Below are positions 7,372 through 15,021 of a stretch of 25,562 nucleotides of DNA, piece by piece. The DNA lies in the NCBI GenBank assembly GCA_029838215.1, contig JALGVI010000078.1:1-25562 (forward strand). The letters run 5' to 3'. This stretch comes from Candidatus Helarchaeota archaeon. Lineage in GTDB: Archaea; Asgardarchaeota; Lokiarchaeia; Helarchaeales; RDOG01. The notes under the pieces were generated by a model that made no database searches, was not told the DNA's origin, and saw nothing but the letters and a program-made list of their open reading frames with translations. Within the stretch, counting starts at the first letter, position 1; each line of letters starts with the position of its first letter. The translations under genes were made by a program, and so were the position numbers.

Positions 7372-9600
7372 TCAAGCAAGTGGAATTCCAATTAGGCGTT
7401 TTAATTCGAATAGTAATGTATTACTTTCGGTTTTTGCAGTTTCCTGTTGTAATTCGTTAGCAAATTGTGAGATGCAATCAAGTGACCAGACGCTATAATT
7501 TAAAAACTCCTCTAAATCTCCTTGCCCAATACGCACGTCCACGCTTACCTCTTTAATACGCTGGTAATAGTTTGGTATAGTGGATTGTAAGAAAGCACTG
7601 ATACCATTTACGAACCTATCTTCCCACGTGATTTTCTTTGATTCCTGAACATAAAGCCTTGCCATGAATTCAATGAGAGCGTGTTCCGTTGTTAAAAATG
7701 GGAGATTTTTAATAATAAAAGTAGCACTGCTTGGAGTAAGATATGATTCCACGACAATTCTACCCAAATCTGTACACTTGTACTTTCCATCAAGTGTTCG
7801 TATTAAAAATAAATCTGCCATTAAGGAATTTAGAACGAATTCCTTGTTTAATGCTTGAGTTAAGATTACAGATGTCAGCGTTGCGTTTTGTCGGAATCCT
7901 TCTAGTGCCAGACGAATTAGGTGAGGGCAGAATATCGTGCCTTCGCGTCCTATTCGGAAATCCGCACACGAACATGATATGTGGTCCCTATGAATGACCG
8001 CAGTATTGATCGTGGGATCTCGAAAGATGCCTTTAATAGAAGTCCTATCAAAAAAGAAATCCACGATTTCATCTTTTGAATAATTTTCTGCACGAGTGAA
8101 AAAATGGGGATGTGAAAACTTCCGGATTGTTTTATTTAAAGAGACCGTGCTGAGCTCAAGGAACTCACTTACTGATGCATCGGGATATCTTGCTGAGAGT
8201 TCATGCCACCATAACGTTTGCTCAAAAACATTTTCGATCTCTTCCTTAGTCAATGCACCATTATCATGAACGTGGACCAAGATTTGTTCTTTCAGAACCT
8301 CTAGATTGTTAAATTTACTCGTTATGTTGTTATATTTTGGCTCAAAGTGGTTATTGACCTTGCGGAAAAATAACTGAATGACTTGATGTTTTTCCTCCGT
8401 ATTCCGAACCAGAACGGTCCCCACACAATGACCACTTGAATATTGAGGGCGTCCCGCACGACCGATAATTTGATGAAAGAGATTTGGTTCAAGCTCACGA
8501 GTGGAAAGAGCTAATGGAATGATGGTTCTGGTTTGTGGTGTTGTTTCATAGGTGGGAACGCGGATTTCAACATCCTTGATTATGACAGATCGCACGGGCG
8601 TGTTGATTCCTGCTGCCAGCGTGGATGTACAGGTAATGATCTTTATTGGATGCTTGCGAATGGCCTCTTCAATGAGTTGTCGAGACCTTAATGAAAGTCC
8701 ACCATGATGGAATGCAACGCCTTTTGCAAGAAGTTCGAGAAGTTCTGGATCTATGCGATACTCAAGTAAAAAACGTGCGGGATCAAATGCACGTTGTAGC
8801 GTCAATTCTTCTTCAGGCGTGAGAAGCTGATGTCTCTCAATATATCGAGCCAACTTTTTTGCTATTGATTCTGTTTCGCGTCGGGTTTGCACGAATAGAA
8901 GGATGGGGTGGGCAAGCTCAAGCAGGAGCTCCTCGATCGCACGTTGTTTATTCGGTGTTTCGATTATGTTATATGCTATTGGTACGGGTCGATAAGAACT
9001 CTCAATGAGCGTGGCGTTCATCCAAGAGGCGATTTCACTTGCATTTGCAAGCGTTCCGGATAGTCCAAGAATTTGGGCAGAAGGAAACTTGGCACGGATG
9101 CGGGCGATCACGCTTTCAATCCTAGGACCGCGGCGTGGATCATTTATTATTTGAATCTCATCCATTACAAAAACCTGAATATCTTTCAACCAAGGTGCTT
9201 TTTGACGTAGATACGTGTCAAAGCGTTCGTATGTCATTATGAGATAATCATTCTTTTCAATGTCCTTTTTATCGATAGTGAAGTCTCCCGTCGAAATCCC
9301 AATTTTTAGCCCTTCACCCCGTAACTCTTTCGTAAATGCCTCATATTTTTCATTTGCAAGTGCTTTAAGCGGTACCAAATAGACTACTTTTTTGCCTTTA
9401 TTGAAGAGTTGCCGAAGACATGCAACCTCACCAATGAGTGTTTTACCTGAGCCTGATGGTGAAGAAATCAGGAGATTTTTTCCATCTAAAAGTCCACTTA
9501 AAAGTGCTTCACATTGCACGGTATTAAAATACGTGATGAGCTTGCGTGATAAATATTGCTTTAGCCTATTCGAAATCGGGAAGTCATTCACTGCTTTCAT
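7372..9600 (-). CDS. hel308: Ski2-like SF2 helicase, Hel308/Hjm-like, with inserted SWIM zinc finger
   Basis: Q motif TVQCEA, Walker A SPSGSGKT, VPLKALANEK, TGD, DEIQ, RGPRIE, AFHHGGL, TLAAGINTP, motif VI QIIGRAGRP; CSC-x12-CPH at 7921-7974. Confidence 0.88.
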   Translation of the reverse strand: MKAVNDFPISNRLKQYLSRKLITYFNTVQCEALLSGLLDGKNLLISSPSGSGKTLIGEVACLRQLFNKGKKVVYLVPLKALANEKYEAFTKELRGEGLKIGISTGDFTIDKKDIEKNDYLIMTYERFDTYLRQKAPWLKDIQVFVMDEIQIINDPRRGPRIESVIARIRAKFPSAQILGLSGTLANASEIASWMNATLIESSYRPVPIAYNIIETPNKQRAIEELLLELAHPILLFVQTRRETESIAKKLARYIERHQLLTPEEELTLQRAFDPARFLLEYRIDPELLELLAKGVAFHHGGLSLRSRQLIEEAIRKHPIKIITCTSTLAAGINTPVRSVIIKDVEIRVPTYETTPQTRTIIPLALSTRELEPNLFHQIIGRAGRPQYSSGHCVGTVLVRNTEEKHQVIQLFFRKVNNHFEPKYNNITSKFNNLEVLKEQILVHVHDNGALTKEEIENVFEQTLWWHELSARYPDASVSEFLELSTVSLNKTIRKFSHPHFFTRAENYSKDEIVDFFFDRTSIKGIFRDPTINTAVIHRDHISCSCADFRIGREGTIFCPHLIRLALEGFRQNATLTSVILTQALNKEFVLNSLMADLFLIRTLDGKYKCTDLGRIVVESYLTPSSATFIIKNLPFLTTEHALIEFMARLYVQESKKITWEDRFVNGISAFLQSTIPNYYQRIKEVSVDVRIGQGDLEEFLNYSVWSLDCISQFANELQQETAKTESNTLLFELKRLIGIPLA

Positions 9601-9677
9601 TCAATTGCCCCAATCTATGGTGATTAAAGGATTGCAAGGATAAGTTTTTAAAGTCAAATATTGACCTTAAAAAAATT

Positions 9678-10028
9678 ATGTTGAATCAAATTTTTGGAAA
9701 ATCGCTATTGGGAACGGCTTCGTATCGTTTTAATCATCGGCACGTTTACGTCCGAGAGCGATACGCGTGGAAAGAACAACAATACTTCGTTCCTGAAGAA
9801 AAGCACGCAAAAATTCTCACCTATATCGAACGAGAACTTAAGTATCAACTCACGCAAGATATATTCCTAAAAGACGATAGTTTCGTCCAAGTGATTTACC
9901 AAGACAATTATCTAAAATTGAGGTTTGGCACAAAAGCTCCTGAAAATCTGGCATCAATCGAAGCTGCCTTAGAACGATTCTTGAACATTCCCACCCTTCA
10001 TGCCATTAACAAAGCGAAAATTGATTAA
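9678..10028 (+). CDS. Hypothetical protein (116 aa)
   Basis: ATG-started ORF divergent from the helicase, followed by T-runs; no recognised motif. Confidence 0.65.
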   Translation: MLNQIFGKSLLGTASYRFNHRHVYVRERYAWKEQQYFVPEEKHAKILTYIERELKYQLTQDIFLKDDSFVQVIYQDNYLKLRFGTKAPENLASIEAALERFLNIPTLHAINKAKID

Positions 10029-10042
10029 CCACTGGATAAATC

Positions 10043-10062
10043 TTTTTTTTTCATTTTTTTTT
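10043..10062 (+). terminator. Oligo-T archaeal terminator candidate
   Basis: Two T9 runs (10043-10051, 10054-10062) starting 14 nt after the stop of the 116-aa gene. Confidence 0.5.
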
Positions 10063-10548
10063 AGTTTAGAATAATTTTTTGAAAATGCCTCCTTCCATTC
10101 ATGAGCATTTCTATTGGGAATTCATTTTAACGATCAAGGTAATTCACGAAAAAAATGAACGCTTGTAGAGCTTGTTGAGGAAGGACTGTAAAGAATGACA
10201 AGCGAGCAAACATGATCAAGACGGATATTTTAAAACATTTTAGAAAATAAGCAAGGTCATTCGTTCAAATCTCATCACCTGCTCCATCCTGATGCTCATT
10301 TTAGAGGAAACTTCGAAAAAAGATACGCTCGAGCAAAACTAAAACCAAGATCCCAATTTCTCTGAATGGAATGATCGTGATTAAAAAAAAATTTTGACTT
10401 CAGTTCTGGTTGAGGAAGACCTCTCATAACATTTTTACGAGATTTGTGATGTATTGGTGAAAAAGACAAGCGTTTTTGGAAAATGGGCGGGGTTATTTTT
10501 TGGTGTTTTTTTTTCGATCAATATGGGAAAATATCATTTCGATTAGAT

Positions 10549-10557
10549 AAAAAAAAA
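10549..10557 (-). terminator. Oligo-T archaeal terminator candidate
   Basis: T9 on the minus strand immediately after the TAA of the 471-aa gene. Confidence 0.45.
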
Positions 10558-11973
10558 TTATAGATAATGATCTGGGACGGGAAATGGTAAGTAGTTTAGA
10601 ATTGCAATGGAATTTGCCAGTTCTGGTTTGATGAATTCTCGTTGGAGACAACGCGGGAGTTTCTTGCTCGGCATCACTGTTAATTCTCCTTGTACCAGAC
10701 TTTTTAATACTCGCGCTTCGTGATGTGCTCCCATAAAAAATCCTTCGACATCCCATAATCCTATGGTGGCTTTTTCAGAGAATTCATTTAATTCCCGAAC
10801 GGCCTGTTCAAACTCATCCATCTGATCATGAAATACCCTGTGTAGAAGCGGGTTGCGCTCTCTTCCGAGCAGCTGTTCACCAAAAGCGGACTTTAGAACA
10901 TCGTAATTTTTATCTGTCATTTCTTCGGAGAGTTGATTTGCCATGATTAGAACTCGCTTTTCGAGCTTTCGACTTCTTCGGTTCAAATCATCCTCATCCA
11001 AAATTCGTGCGTGAAATATCAAGGCAAAATCTTCAAAAGCCAACGGATTCTCGTATATTTTAGTGAGAAATTCTGAGAGACAATTTTTTAACTGCGAGAT
11101 CTTGTACAACTTGAATGCACGTGTCCTTGCCCCTTGAGATACCCAGATACTTTCATCATGTTGGAGAGATGGTGGTTTAAACCAATCATATTCCATGAAT
11201 GGAAGTCGCAAGATCTTTTCTTGAATGAGCTCGGAACGAACAATTTCGTGTTTGATTCGGAACTGACGCATGTAATCGGATAGTGCATTTAATGCGATCG
11301 TGAGATTTTGAATGACTTCCGCCTGACGGACATCTCTCTCGACAATACCAACATAAAGATGAACTTTGTCCTGTTGCTTCTGGACTTCAAATGTTAATTC
11401 CGTGAATACTGGGTCCGATACCACGAGTTGGATTACCTTTTCAAATGTAACCCTTGGATCATGGATGCAAATCCACTTAATTGCGTGCCAAAGATCGTCA
11501 TGCTTGAATAGAAGCGTTTTTGTTAGCTCTTCAAATGCCGCAGGGCGATAGGAGAATTCTGTCCGAAGCTCTGAAGAAAGTACGTGGAAGGATAATAAAA
11601 AGGATTTTAGCCCAATTTTATGGTAAATCGCCAGGAAAAAAGTGCCAAAATATGCCAATAAAACGACTGGGACAAGCAGCGGATGCACGTGAAAACTGAA
11701 TCCACTCAGCACGATACCAAGATGAATAATACAAGCCAGCAAGAAAATTTTTATTAAATCCTTGAGCCACGGTCGTTCGTTTCCGAGATTTGTCATCCAT
11801 CCAAAGAAAATGCAAATCCCCGAGACAATTCCCCAGAAAGCAAGAAGAAACAATACGGCGATAGGATCACCGAGCACGCATGCAAAGAAGGAAAATAATG
11901 TAACTGATGAGATGGTATAACATATAAGCATCAAAAGTGTTACGATCACGATTATAGTCATCAAAATTGTCAT
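10558..11973 (-). CDS. Membrane protein (471 aa): ~4 N-terminal TM helices plus a large soluble region with two apparent alpha/beta repeats
   Basis: Hydrophobic aa 1-130; amphipathic strand/helix alternation and a charged helical insertion afterwards; starts 2 bp after the radB-like stop. Confidence 0.85.
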   Translation of the reverse strand: MTILMTIIVIVTLLMLICYTISSVTLFSFFACVLGDPIAVLFLLAFWGIVSGICIFFGWMTNLGNERPWLKDLIKIFLLACIIHLGIVLSGFSFHVHPLLVPVVLLAYFGTFFLAIYHKIGLKSFLLSFHVLSSELRTEFSYRPAAFEELTKTLLFKHDDLWHAIKWICIHDPRVTFEKVIQLVVSDPVFTELTFEVQKQQDKVHLYVGIVERDVRQAEVIQNLTIALNALSDYMRQFRIKHEIVRSELIQEKILRLPFMEYDWFKPPSLQHDESIWVSQGARTRAFKLYKISQLKNCLSEFLTKIYENPLAFEDFALIFHARILDEDDLNRRSRKLEKRVLIMANQLSEEMTDKNYDVLKSAFGEQLLGRERNPLLHRVFHDQMDEFEQAVRELNEFSEKATIGLWDVEGFFMGAHHEARVLKSLVQGELTVMPSKKLPRCLQREFIKPELANSIAILNYLPFPVPDHYL

Positions 11974-11975
11974 TT

Positions 11976-12653
11976 TTAAATCACCTCAAATCCACGATCT
12001 GTCATTCGAAATCCTAATTCCGAAATTTCTGTTCCCCCTGAAGCACGCAGAGTCATCTTGCGAAATGGGGATCCATTAGGATCGCCGAACTCTTCTATCA
12101 AGATATGTATCTGGCAGGTCAAATCACATTCCGTTTGTGTTATGGGACGAAATCGTCTTGACGTAAAATCTGCCGTGATTTGATTCGTAAGAATTACTGC
12201 AAATCGACGCTTTCCATTGCGAAACATGCGCACCAATCGTTGAAGATAACGATCAAAGAGAATCTTTTGAAATTCGTGCCGCTGTCGCCGATCACAAAGC
12301 CGATAGAAATAAGTGAAGTTGTCCAAGATGATGAGGCGTGTAGTTGCATGCACGCAGTGTTCGATATTTGTAAAAATATATTGAAAATGATTCCAATCTC
12401 TGATGCGAACGAGTGAAAAATAGTCCCAATCTCGGGTGTTTGCCATTCGCTCTAGTTTTCGAAGGGAAAATGAGTTGTTACAATCAATCCACAATACATC
12501 GTGTTTCTCCTTGAGCAATTTTGCCGCAACCTGTAAGCAAAAAATTGTTTTTCCCGTGCCCGGTTCGCCATATACGTGAGTGATTTGACATAACGGGATG
12601 CCTCCATTGAGCACCTCATTGAGCGTGGGCAAGGGTGTTACTAGAGTCATCAC
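11976..12653 (-). CDS. radB: RadB-like / RadA-paralog RecA-fold ATPase without N-terminal domain
   Basis: LNGGIP, Walker A GEPGTGKT, IDCNNSF, Walker B LIILDN, VILTNQ. GTG start overlaps the upstream TGA (GTGA). Orthology to true RadB is uncertain because there is no KHR motif. Confidence 0.8.
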   Translation of the reverse strand: MMTLVTPLPTLNEVLNGGIPLCQITHVYGEPGTGKTIFCLQVAAKLLKEKHDVLWIDCNNSFSLRKLERMANTRDWDYFSLVRIRDWNHFQYIFTNIEHCVHATTRLIILDNFTYFYRLCDRRQRHEFQKILFDRYLQRLVRMFRNGKRRFAVILTNQITADFTSRRFRPITQTECDLTCQIHILIEEFGDPNGSPFRKMTLRASGGTEISELGFRMTDRGFEVI

Positions 12654-12874
12654 TCACTTGTCACCTTACCGAAATGGAATTCCCGCGATCCACTCGTTCG
12701 TTTTTGTTGCTGAATATAAGACGTGGCTTCTGTTGCTGTTTCAAAAACCGCAATGACGATGAACTTGCCTTTAGCTTGACAGTGAGGACACGTGGGTTTC
12801 TTGACTGAAGCGCGTTTCAGGGTTAATGTCGAACATTCTTCACATTTTACGACCTTATAATTCTTCAATGTCAT
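12650..12874 (-). CDS. Small zinc-ribbon protein (DUF1922-like)
   Basis: CEEC...CPHC followed by a short helix (EATSYIQQQK), the layout of small archaeal Zn-ribbon proteins. Confidence 0.8.
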   Translation of the reverse strand: MTLKNYKVVKCEECSTLTLKRASVKKPTCPHCQAKGKFIVIAVFETATEATSYIQQQKRTSGSREFHFGKVTSE

Positions 12875-12883
12875 GAAAATGGC

Positions 12884-12906
12884 TGGTAAAAAAGAGTGTT
12901 TAAAAA
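12884..12906 (-). promoter_or_regulatory. Promoter with shared motif: TTTTTAAA-cactctt-TTTTACCA
   Basis: Same TATA-N7-TTTTACC geometry; ATG follows 9 nt later, consistent with a near-leaderless mRNA. Confidence 0.7.
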
Positions 12907-12966
12907 TTTATTGCTTACAAGAAAAGGAACGAAATTCCAAAATGAAGCCAAAAAGGGTGAGGTTGT

Positions 12967-13602
12967 TTAAAGTTGGCTCTCAATAATACGTATTTTTTTC
13001 AAGAACGTTCGCGTGATTAAAACAATTACGACCAGGACTATCATGATTGCAACAATGATACTTACTAAGATTTCCCATGAATTCGTGAAGAAAACGCTGG
13101 TCATGTTATCATTGTATTGAAAGTTAAGGTTTGAGGATGATAGCTCCGTGATTTGCAGGGATGAAAGCAGAGATCCCTGAAAATCTGTTTCCGTAATTTT
13201 TACTAATATCATAACACAGTCTACATGATGTCCCAAAACAAAAACTGACTTATAACCCGCAAAATTGCAACCCAAATCGGTACTTCCGTGCTTGATAATT
13301 TGATAGTCTTGGATATCTGTGATGTAGAACGTGCAATGCGTTCCATCAACATTCATTCGAGTCAAAAGTTGAACTTGTTGATGTTCGTGACGCTTTTCTG
13401 CTTCGGAAGAAAATAGAAACGTGAGAATATCGGTAGAAATACTTTCGACTTCTAAATACATTTTATCAACCACTCGTGGAACGGGGTCCTGGTAAGTCTG
13501 CGTGATGACTTGATATTCTAAGTAATCACCAATTTCGAATGGACTTTCGCACGTTCGTGCGTGAATAACTGGAAAAAAAATCACGCTCAAACTGGTCATC
13601 AA
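12967..13602 (-). CDS. Exported protein with C-terminal TM anchor; true start probably upstream (13647 or 13656)
   Basis: C-terminal ILVSIIVAIMIVLVVIVLI followed by a basic tail; beta-rich body (FEIGDYLEYQV); in-frame upstream codons form a signal peptide (see findings). Confidence 0.75.
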   Translation of the reverse strand: MMTSLSVIFFPVIHARTCESPFEIGDYLEYQVITQTYQDPVPRVVDKMYLEVESISTDILTFLFSSEAEKRHEHQQVQLLTRMNVDGTHCTFYITDIQDYQIIKHGSTDLGCNFAGYKSVFVLGHHVDCVMILVKITETDFQGSLLSSLQITELSSSNLNFQYNDNMTSVFFTNSWEILVSIIVAIMIVLVVIVLITRTFLKKIRIIESQL

Positions 13603-13652
13603 AAAAAAAGGAAGAATTAAAAGGAGAACAGACGTTCTTCGAGAAATTTAAA

Positions 13653-14834
13653 TCAACTCTTCTGCTTGTTTTTTTTAGTTTTGGCTTTTTTGGTTGTTGA
13701 TGTTTGATTTTTTTCCTTAGAAAGTGTTTCCACTTCAGTTGCTTCGGTTGCTTGTTCGATCACATTTGTTTCTTTAACCTTGCTATCTCTTTTTTTATTG
13801 TTTTTTTTTGCTTGTTTGGCATGCCATTCGGGACTCTTGTCAATATCTGCATTATATTGATCGCATTCGACCGTGTTGATGAATCCTGCACCCACGAGTT
13901 CTAAAAATATTTCTTCATTTGCCAAGTCTACGGCTTTTTCTATCTTGATCTTTTTAACCCTTTTAGAGCGTGGGGCGATCAGGATGCGTACTTGGCTTTC
14001 ATGTCCGACAGTATAACCCATTGAGTGCGTGTATTTTGATGAAAATGCCGTTGCATTTACATTTGCGGTAACTTGATTAGTCAAGACCGCAACTGCGTTG
14101 TAGTTTGTCGCTGCTTTTTTTAGAGCGTGGATGATGCGGTTTGCTTTTTGTTGCCTGATTGGAAACAGCTGTCTCTCCGAACCGTATTCTGCCCGAAAAT
14201 GCGTGGCTATTGAATCAAGCAGGATCAATCGTGCCCCTGTTTGTTCCATTATCTTGTTAAGACCTTCTTCTGCAACATATAAGAGATCATCTGTCGTGGC
14301 GGGATTGGCCCTTGCAACGGATTGCACTACTGTTTCATAATCTAATCCATAATATTCTGCCATTGTTTTAATTCGGCGAATGGAAAAAGCTCCTTCGCAA
14401 TCAAGGAATACCGTAGCAGGGCTTGCTAGCCCACCTTTTTCTTCAGGAAGCATGGACAGGCATATGAGTTGGTGGAGCAGGCTTGATTTTCCCGATCCTT
14501 GAGGGCCATAAAGTTCATAAACTTTTTGAGTTTCAAACCCCCCGCCCAATATGCGATCGAGGGGTGCTTGACCCGTTTTAATGAATTGCCGTCTTTTAAA
14601 TTGTTGTAAAAGTTGGTCGCCTGTTATAAAACCGAACATTCCCCCATTCATTTCATCCAAGCGGTTCTTTGCAGCCCTGATTAATTTTTTGGCGGCATCG
14701 GCACCATATCCTACTCCTTTCAGCGAATCTATAGACGTGGTTGCCAAGACTTGGATGTTCATTATGCCTGCATCCTTCAGTTTCTCGACCGTACTTGGTC
14801 CTACACCTTTCAAGTTATCTAATTCTAATGACAT
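13653..14834 (-). CDS. radA: RadA/Rad51-family recombinase, divergent, with ~74-aa Lys-rich C-terminal tail
   Basis: N-terminal HhH LKGVGPSTVEKLKDAG, polymerisation motif GFITG, Walker A GPQGSGKS, DCEGAF, LLDSIATHFRAEY, RQQK, TNQV; GAGGT upstream. Confidence 0.9.
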   Translation of the reverse strand: MSLELDNLKGVGPSTVEKLKDAGIMNIQVLATTSIDSLKGVGYGADAAKKLIRAAKNRLDEMNGGMFGFITGDQLLQQFKRRQFIKTGQAPLDRILGGGFETQKVYELYGPQGSGKSSLLHQLICLSMLPEEKGGLASPATVFLDCEGAFSIRRIKTMAEYYGLDYETVVQSVARANPATTDDLLYVAEEGLNKIMEQTGARLILLDSIATHFRAEYGSERQLFPIRQQKANRIIHALKKAATNYNAVAVLTNQVTANVNATAFSSKYTHSMGYTVGHESQVRILIAPRSKRVKKIKIEKAVDLANEEIFLELVGAGFINTVECDQYNADIDKSPEWHAKQAKKNNKKRDSKVKETNVIEQATEATEVETLSKEKNQTSTTKKAKTKKNKQKS

Positions 14835-14889
14835 GATACTACCTCTAAGATTAGGTGAATTTCTTAACTCTTTGAGATTTGAATTTGGG

Positions 14890-14912
14890 GGGTAAAATTT
14901 ACCCTTTTTAAA
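14890..14912 (-). promoter_or_regulatory. radA promoter with shared motif: TTTAAAAA-gggtaaa-TTTTACCC; includes inverted repeat GGGTAAA-A-TTTACCC (14890-14904)
   Basis: Read directly; the motif ends 55 nt before the radA ATG. Confidence 0.7.
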
Positions 14913-14973
14913 TATTGTGAATGAAAATTCTCGATTTTTGTTACCTGAAAAATTTGGATGCGATGACGTAATA

Positions 14974-14996
14974 CTTATAAAGGCTAGTTTTTACCC
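14974..14996 (+). promoter_or_regulatory. Promoter with shared motif: CTTATAAA-ggctagt-TTTTACCC
   Basis: Same geometry; 25 nt before the ATG of the 803-aa gene, with GGTGA in between. Confidence 0.7.
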
Positions 14997-15021
14997 CCAT
15001 TGCTTCGACTGGTGAAATATC

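Noticed and set aside
10272-10278. Box C-like GTGATGA on the minus strand in the large intergenic gap
   Set aside because: No properly spaced CTGA box D or terminal stem found.
10493-10756. 87-aa minus-strand ORF
   Set aside because: Alternate frame overlapping the 3' end of the 471-aa gene and running through its T-rich terminator.
13648-13650. Stop-codon recoding as an explanation for the in-frame stop before the signal peptide
   Set aside because: The codon is TAA; selenocysteine uses TGA and pyrrolysine TAG.
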